A stretch of 64,000 nucleotides of DNA, taken from Eledone cirrhosa (taxonomy: Eukaryota). This document shows, one piece after another, positions 27,633 through 41,829 of the stretch. The notes under the pieces were generated by a model, which saw only the letters and a list, made by a program, of their open reading frames with translations, had not been told where the DNA came from and did not search any database. The stretch lies in the NCBI GenBank assembly GCA_964016885.1, contig OZ024741.1:220224001-220288000 (forward strand), written 5' to 3'. Position 1 is the stretch's first letter; each line of letters starts with the position of its first letter. The position numbers were made by a program, and so were the translations under genes.

Positions 27633-30600
27633 GACAGCCCACCACAAACTAGCCCCCGACAAGACAGCCCACCACAAGTCAGCCCACCACAAGACAGCCC
27701 ACCACAAGTCAGCCCGCCACAAGACAGCCCACCACAAGACAGCCCACCACAAGACAGCCCACCACAAGACAGTACGCCACAAGACAGCCCACCACAAGAC
27801 AGCCCACCACAAGACAGCCCACCACAAGACAGCCCACCACACGACAGCCCACCACAAGACAGCCCACCACAAACAGCCCACCACAAGACACTCCACCACA
27901 AGACAGCCCACCACAAGACAGTACGCCACAAGACAGCCCACCACAAGACAGCCCACCACAAAACAGCCCACCACAAGACAGCCCACCACAAGACAGTACG
28001 CCACAAGACAGCCCACCACAAGACAGCCCACCACAAGACAGTACGCCACAAGACAGCCCACCACACGACAGCCCGCCACAAGTCAGCCCACCACAAGGCA
28101 GCCCACCACAAGACAGCCCACCACAAGACAGCCCACCACAAGACAGCCCACCACAAGACAGCCCACCACCCGACAGCCCACCACCCGACAGCCCACCACA
28201 AGACAGCCCACCACAAGAGAGTACGCCACAAGACAGCCCACCACAAGACAGCCCACCACAAGACAGCCCACCACAAGACAGCCCACCACAAGACAGCCCA
28301 CCACAAGACAGTACACTACAAGACAGCCCACCACAAGACAGCCCACCACAAGACAGCCCACCACAAGACAGTACGCCACAAGACAGCCCACCACAAGACA
28401 GCCCACCACAAGACAGTACGCCACAAGACAGCCCACCACAAGACAGTACGCCACAAGACAGCCCACCACAAGACAGCCCACCACAAGACAGCCCACCACA
28501 AGACGGCCCACCACAAGACAGTACGCCACAAGACAGTACGCCACAAGACAGCCCACCACAAGACATCCCACCACAAGACAGCCCACCACAAGACAGCCCA
28601 CCACAAGACAGCCCACCACAAGACAGTACGCCACAAGACAGCCCACCACAAGACAGCCCACCACAAGACAGCCCACCACAAGACAGTACGCCACAAGACA
28701 GCCCACCACAAGACAGCCCACCACAAGACAGCCCACCACAAGACAGTACGCCACAAGACAGCCCACCACAAGACAGTACGCCACAAGACAGCCCACCACA
28801 CGACAGCCCACCACAAGACAGCCCACCACAAGACAGCCCACCACAAGACAGCCCACCACCACACAGCCCACCACAAGACAGCCCACCACAAGACAGCCCA
28901 CCACAACACAGCCCACCACCACACAGCCCACCACAAGACAGCCCACCACAAGACAGCCCACCACAAGACAGCCCACCACACGACAGCCCACCACAAGCTA
29001 GCCCGCCACAAGACAGCCCGCCACAAAACAGCCCACCACACGACAGCCCACCACAAGACAGCCCACCACAAGACAGCCCACCACAAGACAGCCCACCACA
29101 AGACAGCCCACAACAAGACAGCCCACCACAAGATAGCCCACCACAAGTCAGCCCACCACAAGACAGCCCACCACCACACAGCCCACCACAAGACAGCCCA
29201 CCACAAGACAGCCCACCACAACACAGCCCACCACCACACAGCCCAACACAAGACAGCCCACCACAAGACAGCCCACCACAAGACAGCCCACCACAAGACA
29301 GCCCACCGCAAGACATCCCACCACAAGACAGCCTACCACAAGACAGCCCACCACAAGACAGCCCACCACAAGACAGCCCACCACACGACAGCCCACCACA
29401 AGACAGCCCACCACACGACAGCCCACCACAAGACAGCCCACCACAAGACAGCGCACCACAAGACAGCCCACCACAAGACAGCCCACCACCCGACAGCCCA
29501 CCACAAGACAGCCCACCACAAGACAGCCCACCACAAGACAGCCCGCCACAAGACAGCCCACCACAAGACAGCCCACCAGAAGACAGTACGCCACAAGACA
29601 GCCCACCACAAGACAGCCCGCCACAAGACAGCCCACCACAAGACAGCCCACCACAAGACAGCCCACCACAAGACAGCCCACCACAAGACAGCCCACCACA
29701 AGACAGCCCACCATAAGACAGTACGCCACAAGACAGCCCACCACAAGACAGCCCACCACAAGACAGCCCACCATAAGACAGTACGCCACAAGACAGCCCA
29801 CCACAAGACAGCCCACCACAAGACAGCCCACCACAAGACAGCCTACCACAAGACAGCCCACCACAAGCTAGCCCGCCACAAGATAGCCCACCACAAGCCA
29901 GTACACCACAAGACAGCCCACCACAAAACAGCCCACAACAAGACAGCCCACCATAAGACAGTACGCCACAAGACAGCCCACAACAAGACAGCCCACCACA
30001 AGACAGCCCACCACAAGTCAGCCCACCACAAAACAGCCCACCACTCGACAGCCCACCACAAGACAGCCCACCACAAGACAGCCCACCACAAGACAGCCCA
30101 CCATAAGACAGCCCACCACAAGACAGCCCACCACAAGTCAGCCCACCACAAGACAGCCCACCACAAGACAGCCCACCACAACACAGCCCACCACCACACA
30201 GCCCACCACAAGACAGCCCACAACAAGACAGCCCACCACAACACAGCCCACCACCACACAGCCCAACACAAGACAGCCCACCACAAGACAGCCCACCACA
30301 AGACAGCCCACCACAAGACAGCCCACCACAAGACAGCCCACCACAAGACAGCCTACCACAAGACAGCCCACCACAAGACAGCCCACCACAAGACAGCCCA
30401 CCACACGACAGCCCACCACAAGACAGCCCACCACACGACAGCCCACCACAAGACAGCCCACCACAAGACAGCCCACCACAAGACAGCCCACCACAAGACA
30501 GCCCACCACAAGACAGCCCACCACAAGACAGCCCACCACCCGACAGCCCACCACCCGACAGCCCACCACAAGACAGCCCACCACAAGACAGTACGCCACA

Positions 30601-32113
30601 AGACAGCCCACCACAAGACAGCCCACCACCCGACAGCCCACCACAAGACAGCCCACCACAAGACAGCCCACCACAAGACAGCCTACCACAAGACAGCCCA
30701 CCACAAGACAGCCCACCACAAGACAGCCCACCACACGACAGCCCACCACAAGACAGCCCACCACACGACAGCCCACCACAAGACAGCCTACCACAAGACA
30801 GCCCACCACAAGACAGCCCACCAAAAGACAGCCCACCACCCGACAGCCCACCACCCGACAGCCCACCACAAGACAGCCCACCACAAGACAGTACGCCACA
30901 AGACAGCCCACCACAAGACAGCCCACCACAAGACAGCCCACCACATGACAGCCCACCAGAAGACAGTACGCCACAAGACAGCCCACCACAAGACAGCCCA
31001 CCACAAGACAGCCCACCATAAGACAGTACGCCACAAGACAGCCCACCACAAGACAGCCTACCACAAGACAGCCCACCACAAGCTAGCCCGCCACAAGATA
31101 GCCCGCCACAAAACAGCCCACCACACGACAGCCCACCACAAGACAGCCCACCACAAGACAGCCCACCACAAGACAGCCCACCACAAGACAGCCCACCATA
31201 AGACAGTACGCCACAAGACAGCCCACCACAAGACAGCCCACCACAAGTCAGCCCACCACAAGACAGCCCACCAACCGACAGCCCACCACAAGACAGCCCA
31301 CCACAAGACAGCCCACCACAAGACAGCCCGCCACAAGACAGCTCACCACAAGACAGCCCACCACAAGACAGCCCACCACAAGACAGCCCACCACAAGACA
31401 GCCCACCACAAGACAGCCCACCATAAGACAGTACGCCACAAGACAGCCCACCACAAGACAGTACGCCACAAGACAGCCCACCACAAGACAGTACGCCACA
31501 AGACAGCCCACCACAAGACAGCCCACCACAAGACAGCCCACCACAAGACAGCCCACCACAAGACAGCCCACCACAAGACAGCCCACCACAAGACAGCCCA
31601 CCATAAGACAGTACGCCACAAGACAGCCCACCACAAGACAGCCCACCACAAGACAGCCCACCACAAGACAGCCCACCACAAGACAGCCCACCACAAGACA
31701 GCCCACCACAAGACAGCCCACCATAAGACAGTACGCCACAAGACAGCCCACCACAAGACAGCCCACCACAAGACAGCCCACCACAAGACAGCCCACCACA
31801 AGACAGCCCACCACAAGACAGCCCACCACAAGACAGCCCACCACAAGACAGCCCACCACAAGACAGTACGCCACAAGACAGCCCACCACACGACAGCCCG
31901 CCACAAGACAGCCCGCCACAAGGCAGCCCACCACAACACAGCCCACCACAAGACAGTACGCCACAAGACAGCCCACCACAAGACAGCCCACCACAAGACA
32001 GCCCACCACAAGACAGCCCACCACAAGACAGCCCACCACAAGACAGCCCACCACAAGACAGCCCACCACACGACAGCCCACCACAAGACAGCCTACCACA
32101 CGACAGCCCACCA
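27633..32113. repeat. 15-bp minisatellite, about 299 copies
   Basis: Unit agacagcccaccaca with the recurrent variant agacagtacgccaca. The phase is kept except for a 1-bp deletion near 27872. Confidence 0.98.
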
Positions 32114-32139
32114 TGTGTATATATATATATCTAATGTCT

Positions 32140-32400
32140 AAAATCTGTCATAAGCCAGAAGACTTATTTGGCCTGTGCTTATCCCTGTTTCATGGCGTGA
32201 AGTGACTGAGAGTACAAGACTCCCCCCTTGACAAGACGCCAGTCCATCGCATTTTCTCTGGTACTCATTTTCAACTGAGTATAGTGGAGCAACGGGAAAT
32301 GAAGTGTTTTGCTCATGAATACAACACTTAACCCGGGAATCGAACCCACGACATTATGATCGTAAGTCCAACACCCTTACTACTAGGCCCGTGCCTCCAC
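32140..32400 (-). mobile_element. CORE-type tRNA SINE
   Basis: Colinear with 11615-11880. B-box gggttcgattccc on minus. Confidence 0.8.
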
Positions 32401-32494
32401 ATTGTGTGTGTATATATATATATATATGTATATATAAGTTTTAATATTGAGTACCTTACTTACTGTGGTTACCTCCGATTCAACCCGGAATAAC

Positions 32495-32539
<45 letters not shown>

Positions 32540-32559
32540 GGTGTGTGTGTGTGTGCGTG

Positions 32560-32965
32560 TGTGTGTACATGCGTGTGTATTGCTGTGTAGTGTGGTGCGT
32601 GTCCTACCTACACCATATATATATATATATGTGTACATGTGTGTGTGTATTGCTGTGTAGTGTGGTCCGTGTCCTACCTACAATATATATATATATGTGT
32701 GTACATGTGTGTGTGTATTGCTGTGTAGTGTGGTGCGTGTCCTACCTACAATATATATATATATGTGTGTACATGTGTGTGTGTATTGCTGTGTAGTGTG
32801 GTGCGTGTCCTACCTACAATATATATATATATGTGTGTACATGTGTGTGTGTTGCTGTGTAGTGTGGTCCGTGTCCTACCTACACCATATATATATATAT
32901 GTACATGTGTGTGTGTATTGCTGTGTAGTGTAGTGTGTGTCCTACCTACACCATATATATATATA
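32560..32965. repeat. Minisatellite of about 65-70 bp, about 6 copies, built around (TA)/(TG)
   Basis: Core tattgctgtgtagtgtggtgcgtgtcctacctaca. An isolated copy lies near 34945. Confidence 0.85.
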
Positions 32966-33295
32966 TTTAATTTAATTAGACAATTCTATTGATTAGTTAA
33001 TTGTTTATGTTTGTTTATTACATCTAGTTGAGAGCTATTATTCGGTGTGTGTAAAGGGTTTAAATCCTTTGTTCAAATTTTGAATTTGACCGCCAAAACC
33101 GCTCACCTCCCTCGGACAAACCACCTGACTACTAGCAGTGTTTACTACTAGTTCTTGCAACAGGCGGCGGCAGAACGAAAACTTGTTGACGAAGTAAATT
33201 CTACTGTTCTATCTTCCAAAGACCAATTAACTTGAAGGCCCCTGCAAATGGATTTTGTTGATTTCGGATTTACAGAAACCTAGTGGAGATGTTAT

Positions 33296-33680
33296 ATAAT
33301 TTTTCTACTTTTGGCACAAGACCAGCAATTACCTCAGTGTATTACTGGTACTTTATTTTATCGACCCCGTAAGGATGAAAGGCAAAGTTAACCTCGGCGG
33401 GATTTGAACTCAGATCATAAAGAGCCGTAACTCTGTGCTGCAAAGCATGGCGTCCAACTATCTACCGATACTGCCAATCCACCGCCCTTCGATGTTATAT
33501 AATTGTTTCTACTTTAGGCACAAGACCAGCAATTACCCAGTGAATTACTGGTACTTTATTTTATCGACCCCGTAAGGATGAAAGGCAAAGTCAACCTCGG
33601 CGGGATTTGAACTCAGATTGTAAAGGGACGTAACTATGCTGGAGAGCATGGCGTCCGAACCTCTACCGATACTGCCAAAC
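33296..33680 (-). mobile_element. Tandem SINE dimer
   Basis: Two reverse-complement copies of the 13845 family, each preceded by gatgttatataat. Confidence 0.85.
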
Positions 33681-34030
33681 CAGCTTTCTCGTGATGTGTT
33701 GTACTTTCTAACAGATGCAGTTGATGCACCTTCCTTGCATCTTTGTCACTATAGCAACTCCGATGTTATATAATATTATGTAATATGCCCACGATGGTCC
33801 AGGTAACTGTCAAACATTTCCCTGAGTCGGATTTGTTCGTTGTTCTGGTCGTAGCGGCTCGCATTTCGGTCGCTGTCTTCAATTTGCAAAGCTGTCTAAA
33901 CGTAATGTTATAACTCTAAGGTAAAATTCCTTATTGAGTGCTTTTGGCTGCACTTCCCGACTGCATTCGTTAGCTTGCCCGCAACCAGAGCTTCGATTAT
34001 GCTGTATATATATATATATGTATATATATA

Positions 34031-34636
34031 CGTTGGCAAATCACTGATGAGGGACTCATTTTATAACATGTTATCCATGTGCAACCTGCAGTATTCTTCT
34101 CCCCATTTTTTTACATATATTTACCTAAACTGCGATTCTGTTTTTCTCTCTCTCTCTCTTACTACTCCCTCGTACTCTCTGTTTCTCTTACTTCCTTTCG
34201 CCCCCTCTGTCATGTCAGTTAACACTTTCTCTCTACTGACCTCTTCCTCACACTTCCACTCACTCACTGTTTCTCCCCTTCTCACTTCACCCCGTTCGCG
34301 ACGAAAACAATTTCCTTCTTTCTTACATTTGGATTCATCTCGAAAGGTCTTTTTTCTTCGCGCTCATATATTCACCCAGCTTATGCTAACAGAATAACTA
34401 TGTAGCTTGTGCCCTTCCTATCTACGGTTAGCTTTCCTCTTTGTTGTTTACTTGTCTCACTCGCTTTACGCGTTTTAATTGTCCTAATAACTTAATTTAG
34501 TTATTATTGCACCAACGTGAGGTATATGATTTTTAATGCAATGAAATATCTATGATCGTTGGCAAATCACTGATGAGGGATTCATTTTATAACATGTTAT
34601 CCATGTGCAACCTGCAGTATTCTTCTCCCCATTTTT
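34031..34636. repeat. (TA)n-embedded element with 80-bp direct terminal repeats (period 526)
   Basis: 34031-34110 matches 34557-34636 with one mismatch. Confidence 0.8.
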
Positions 34637-34854
34637 TCATATATATATATATATATATATACAAGTAAAAATTAGCGAGAATCGAATTTCAGCCCATGAA
34701 TTAACGAGAAACACTTTCGAGTTGTGAGGCAAGCGCTCTATAATTCAAATGAATTAGAGCTTACAACTTACGTTAAAGGCCAAACACACTGAGATGGTGG
34801 TTAAACTAATCATCCACACAGCGAAGATTCGATCTCCTATTTCGGGTCAAACAG

Positions 34855-34941
<87 letters not shown>

Positions 34942-35958
34942 TGTGTATTGCTGTGTAGTGTGGTACATGTTTCTACCTGTACACACGTGTGTGTCAGTGC
35001 ACGAGATGTGTGTGTTTGTGTGAATGTGTGTGTGCCTGTGTATATGTGTGTGTATGTCTGTGCGCGTGTACGGGTATGAGTGACTGTGTGTGTGTGTGTA
35101 TGTGTGGTGTTTGTGTGGTGTGTGTTTGTGTGTTTGTGTGTGTGTGTTCATATAGTGCAAAAAGAAAGATAATATACAGATCGATAGTTCGATTACAAGT
35201 GTATGTCAAAGTGAAACGGAGTTGCTATAGTGACAAAGATGCAAGGAAGGTGCATCAACTGCATCTGTTAGAAAGTGCAACACATCACGAGAAAGCTGGC
35301 GAACAGGCATGCCTTTTAGACATGGACTAGAGAGAGAGGAGGAGGAGAGGGAGAGAGGAGTAGAGGGAGAGTGAGAGAGAGAGAGGGGAAGAGAGAGAGG
35401 TGTTCACTTCGTAATGCTAACGCCTTAGAAAGAGTTAACTACTACCAATACTATCACTACTACTACTACTATTACTACTACTACTACTACTACTACTTAC
35501 TAATATTACTGCTGCTGCTACTAATACTACTACTACAACTACTACAATCACTACAGGTATACACATATATAGTACACACACATACATACTCTCATAAAAG
35601 GAGGTGGATTGATACAGAAAATATATATAGATATATAAATTCTCTCTGACACATACATACACATATACAAACAGACACACATATACACAGATACATACAA
35701 ACATACATACATATATAAATACATACACATATGTATAAATAGATACATACATAAAAAGCTTCGTGTCTAGGAATATGTAAATATATAGAAACAAATATAC
35801 ATACACACGTACCCACACACTCATTCAGACGCACACACACATGCACACACACACATACATGCACTCAGACATGCACATTCTCTCTCGCACACTCACACAC
35901 ACAAACTCACACCCTTACACACAGCCCCCTCCCCACCATATATATATGTGTCTGTATA

Positions 35959-36002
<44 letters not shown>

Positions 36003-36022
36003 CACACACATATATATATATG

Positions 36023-36068
<46 letters not shown>

Positions 36069-36217
36069 CAAAGGGATATTTAATTTGTTGGTAATTCAAC
36101 AAATATATATATTTATAACAGATTCGAAGCACTCGACAGCTTTTTGGTACCCTTGAAATATATATAATAGAATAAATATGGTTTTATAAATATAGTTTCC
36201 ATTTATTAATATCATTG

Positions 36218-36276
<59 letters not shown>

Positions 36277-36319
36277 TACACAAGTATCAAAGTTATGTCG
36301 CTGACAATTTAATTTAATT

Positions 36320-36661
36320 TAATCGCTGACAATTGTTTCTTCCAAACTTAAGCTTGGGGCCTCGGAGCATTATTAATGTTTGTACATATAATTAACCTCC
36401 TGTTCAACTGAAGAATCATACAGATACATATATATTGATGTTGTGGACACCAGTTTCATGTTTACAGGGTGGAATGGATGCGACATATATTAGACGAGGA
36501 TTGTACTTGTAATCTATATTACTGCTCTGTAAAACAACTGTTGTTTTTACATTGAGCTATTTCTCCTACTGGTAATAAGGTAGTAATAAATAACTCACCT
36601 TCCCTGTTTATAGTTGTTTATAGTTTAGTATATACATAACTATAAATAGTATCTTTAATAC
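36320..36661. mobile_element. ORF-less relative of the 43762-47260 PLE (inverted pLTR piece plus tail)
   Basis: 36325-36430 resembles 43803-43910 and 36515-36661 resembles 47097-47260. A degenerate HHR lies on minus at 36325-36369. Confidence 0.7.
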
Positions 36662-36697
<36 letters not shown>

Positions 36698-36707
36698 GTA
36701 TATATAC

Positions 36708-36758
<51 letters not shown>

Positions 36759-36787
36759 CATATATATATATATATACGTATATATAC

Positions 36788-36823
<36 letters not shown>

Positions 36824-36833
36824 GTATATATAC

Positions 36834-36881
<48 letters not shown>

Positions 36882-37294
36882 GATATAAATATATATATAT
36901 ATAACATTACGGCTTGGAATATTCTAGAAAGATGTTTAGTGTTCCATATAGCGGACATGAAACTCAGGAGAGTGTTAAGAAAGAAATGGTTGTGAAGAGG
37001 GCGAAACACGAACCTCCTCAGACAGTAAACAGTTTCTAGAAGAAAGAGACAGAAAGAGAAGAATAGAAGAGAGAGTGGTGGAGTAGAGAGTGACAGAGGA
37101 GAGAGTGGTGGAGGAGTGATTCATAGAGGAGAGAGTGGCGAAGGAGAGAGTGACGGAGGAGAGAGTAATAGAAGAGAGTGTGGCGAAGGAGAGAGTGGCA
37201 GAGGAGAGAGTGACAGGAAAGGGAATAAGGAAAAGAGTAAAGAGACTAACAGAAAAAGTAAGGGTGTGATAAATGTGAAGAGGGGTGGGTAAAA

Positions 37295-38090
37295 CTGTAA
37301 GCCTTTCACTGAAGAAGTTATCTTAGTTGTGTCTTGTGGATAGGGAATATGACGAAAACATTGCCAAGGAGACCAACCAGCGATATGCGCTACATCACAC
37401 ATTCCACTTCACGGGACAAATGCTAAGCCTTTGGCTAGTTGGTATATCTCAGTTGCATCTTGTGAACATTATGGCAAAGACTAGCCAGCAATATCCGCTA
37501 CATAAGACATTCCAACACATAAGACAAACTCTAAGACTTTGGCTGAGCAGGTTATTTCCATTGTGTCTTGTGGATGGGCGAAAGTTGCGAACACATTACA
37601 AAGAGACCAGCCAGCGATATCCGCTACATAAGACATTCCAACGCACAGGAGATACTCTAAGACTTTGGCTGAGCAGATTATTGCCATTGTGTCTTATGGA
37701 GGGGCGTATATCATGACCCATACACTATTCACTTCCCTGACATTTGTATATTATTCTATGTACCATACATGCACCTTTAATGAGTTGTAGTGCACCTGAG
37801 CACTGTACACAATAACTTCATTATTATATTATTAAAGACACCAGCCAGCGATATTCGCTACATCAGACGTTCCAACACATAAGACATTGTAAGCCTTTGG
37901 CTGGGCAGGTTATTTCCACTGTGTCTCGTGGATGGGCGAAAGGTGCGAACACATTACAAAGAGACCAGCCGGCTATATCCGCTACATAAGACATTCCAAC
38001 ACACATGAGATACTCTAAGACTTTGGCTAGTTGGTATATCTCAGTTGCATCTTGTAGACAATATAATGGAGGCATTGCCAAGAACAACAT
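37295..38090. repeat. Diverged tandem repeat of up to about 126 bp, about 6 copies, interrupted at 37715-37835
   Basis: Recurrent accagccagcgatatccgctacataagacattccaac and aagactttggct (37533, 37659). Confidence 0.8.
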
Positions 38091-38193
38091 CCACCAGTAC
38101 TACCACTACCACGAGTACTACTACTACCACTACTACTACTACTACTACTATTACTACTACTACTACTATTACTACTACTACTACTACTACTGT

Positions 38194-38258
<65 letters not shown>

Positions 38259-39558
38259 TTACTACTACTATTATTACTACTACCACCAGTACTACTACTA
38301 AAACTACTACTATTACAACTACCACTACCACTACTACTACAACCACCAGCACTACTGCTACCACTACTACTACCAGTACAGCTACTACGATCACTACTAC
38401 TATCATCACCTCCACTACCGCCACCACCACCACCACCACCAGTACTACCACCACCACCACCACCAACACACCACCACCAGCGACCACCATCACCATCACA
38501 CCACCAGTACTACCAACACCATCACCAGTACTACCACCACCACCAGTACCACCGCCACCACTCCCACCACCAGCAGTACCCCCCCCCCCCCCCAACACCA
38601 CCACCACCAGTACTACCACCACCAACACCAGTACTACCACCACCACCAGTACTACCACCACCAACACCAGTACTACCACCACCACCAGTACTACCACCAC
38701 CAACACCAGTACTACCACCACCACCAGTACTACCAACACCATCACCAGTACTACCACCACTACTACTACCGCCACCACCACTACCACCACCAACAGTACC
38801 CCCCTCCCCCACCACCACCACCACAACCACCACCAGTACTACCAACACCATCACCAGTACTACCACCACCACCAGTACTACGTCCACTACCAGTACTACC
38901 TCCACCACCACCAGTACCACCACCACCACCACTATCACCACTACCAGTACCACCACAACCCGTACTACCACCACAACCACCACCAGTACTACCAACACCA
39001 TCACCAGTACTACTACCACCACCAGTACTACCACCACCACCACCACACCACCACCACTACTACCACCATTACTACCACTACCAGTATTACCACCACACCA
39101 CTACTACCACCACCATCACAACCACCACCACCACCACCAAATACTACCACAACACCACTACTACCACCACCACCACCACTACCACCACCACCACTACTAC
39201 CACCACCACCAGTACTACCACCACCACCACCACTACTATCACCACCACCATTACTACCACCATTACTACCACCACCACCACAAGTACTACCACCACCACT
39301 ACTATCAACACCACCAGTACTACCACCACCACTACTATCACCACCACCACCACTACTACCACCATTACTACCACCACCACCACCAGTACTACCACCAATA
39401 CTACTATCACCACCACCAGTACTACCACCATCACCAGTACCACCACCACCACCACTACTACCACCATTACTACCACCACCACCACCACCAGTACTACCAC
39501 CAATACTACTATCACCACCACCAGTACTACCACCATCACCAGTACCACCACCACTACT
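38090..39558. repeat. (TAC)n grading into (CAC)n / ccagtacta repeats
   Basis: Direct reading of the sequence. Confidence 0.92.
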
Positions 39559-39574
39559 GGGTTCACCATTAAGC

Positions 39575-39653
39575 TATTGGGTTGTAACATAAATTCCCGC
39601 CGTTATAGTTTGTTTGTTTCAAAAACGGCGGGAACGTATGTTACAACATAATA
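39575..39653. mobile_element. Minimal mariner-like MITE (terminal inverted repeats only)
   Basis: tattgggttgtaacataaattcccgccgtt / aacggcgggaacgtatgttacaacataata. Confidence 0.65.
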
Positions 39654-39850
39654 TATCTGTTGTCACTGTCAACCAGCAATGACGTCATAACTTTCTCTAT
39701 CTCTTAATTACTCTCATCTATATTTAGTTTAGCTGTGTGTAATACGTCTGAATATGTACTTACACATACACACACACACATAAATATATATTACATACAC
39801 ACGCATGTATATATATATACATACACACACATGCATATACATACATATAA

Positions 39851-39919
<69 letters not shown>

Positions 39920-40221
39920 TATACATACACACACATGCATATACATACATATAAGTATATATATATATATATATATACATATACATACACACACATGTAT
40001 ATACATACATACATATAAGTATATATATATATATATACTGTATATATACATATACATACACACACATGTATATACATGCATATATGTACGTGCACATATA
40101 TATATATACATACACATGTATATACATACATCTATGTATATATATATATATATATACACATGCACACACACAAACACATACACACACATATACACACACA
40201 CACATACACACACACACACAT

Positions 40222-40292
<71 letters not shown>

Positions 40293-40293
<1 letters not shown>

Positions 40294-40789
40294 AAAATAT
40301 TAAAAAAATAATGAATAAAACAATGAAACAGTTCCTTATATTAAACAAAAAAAGTTCATTATTTAACGATCGTTTCTAGGATATATATGTGTTAGAATTG
40401 GCATGCATATTCAACAGATCTATGTACAAAATTATACAAAATTATACAAACTATCAAAGACGGCATATATATGTGTTTGGTATGTATATTTAATTTTGAT
40501 AGTTTGTATAATTTTGTATAATTTTGTACATAGATCTGTTGAATATGCATGCCAATTCTAACACATATATATCCTAGAAACGATCGTTAAATAATGAACT
40601 TTTTTTGTTTAATATAAGGAACTGTTTCATTTTATTCATTATTTTTTTAATATTTTATCTTGACTCTGTATTCCGTTTATCTTTCACCGAAAGTGATTTT
40701 TCATTGCATCTCTTCTTTCCATGATATCCGGATTACATTGAGTTCTTCATACGGATTGGACACTACCGTAAACTCTTGGTAGATTTATC

Positions 40790-40793
<4 letters not shown>
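40293..40793 (+). mobile_element. Fold-back PLE-like terminal element within (TA)n
   Basis: 40293-40458 is the inverse of 40495-40658. The tail 40603-40793 recurs at 59687-59884. It contains GAAACGATCGTT. Confidence 0.75.
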
Positions 40794-40835
<42 letters not shown>

Positions 40836-40983
40836 CATAGTTACGTGTAGGTGAAATTGTTTCAGCATACTAAAATAAAATGCAATTATACATTGTACTG
40901 TGATATATACACAGACACATACAGGTTTACTGCAGCAGGAGGGGTGGGAGACTGTGGGTTAGGCTTGGAGCACCATTTCCCAA

Positions 40984-41044
40984 GTGGTGCTATCATGTTA
41001 GACATAGCCTGGGCCAACACTGGCCGAAACCTATCAAAGTTATA
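40984..41044 (+). mobile_element. Extreme 3' end of the CR1-group LINE family seen at 54693
   Basis: gtggtgcta...gcctgggccaacactggccgaaacctatcaaagttat matches the reverse complement of about 54702-54761. Confidence 0.75.
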
Positions 41045-41705
41045 ACGAGCCAGACAATTAGATATCGCCTCGGGTCGCGGTTTTCCACACACTCAATGAT
41101 TTTACAAGGAACATGTTGACAATACGAATTTGTATGACAGAGTGGACACAACACGTTACATAGTGGATAAACACATTTGTGTGGGATATATATATATATA
41201 TATATATAGTGGTAGAACACTAGTGTGTGATATCCGCAGTAGTAGAGCATTCAGTCTATGGGACGAATTTGGTAGAAGTAGTTCCACAACAGTTAATACA
41301 CCATTTCCGAGAACAATTTGGTTCACCGCAAAACAGATCATCATTAAACCGAACTGATGTTATATATATATATAGGGTACAGATTTATATATATAAATAT
41401 ATATATCGGATGATTCTCTTCAATATATTGTGTATGTGTAAGCGGAAACGAACAGTTATTCTTATAAGCGATTGGTATGTAGGAAAAAGTGACGCACATA
41501 ACGGATAAAGGGGCTAATGTGTTGGAATAATGATGGATGTAGTACATCTGTGGAGGTGGTGTTTGGTGGTTGACACTTCAACGATGAGAAGAGGCACCCA
41601 TTGAACATCTTGATTTTATAGTTCAGGTATTTCCTCTATGAGCTCAAACCTTGCAAATTTCTGTAGTTTTTACCGATGCAGAAGAAATATCTGATCGTAC
41701 CAAAG

Positions 41706-41768
<63 letters not shown>

Positions 41769-41774
41769 ACACAC

Positions 41775-41823
<49 letters not shown>

Positions 41824-41829
<6 letters not shown>

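Noticed and set aside
27587-32141. Long Cys/Trp-rich or Thr-rich ORFs
   Set aside because: They are open in many frames only because the 15-bp unit lacks stops; there is no gene context.
38041-39592. Mucin- or extensin-like ORFs (also 26118-27188, 5335-6115, 7718-8977)
   Set aside because: These are trinucleotide-repeat or minisatellite translations.
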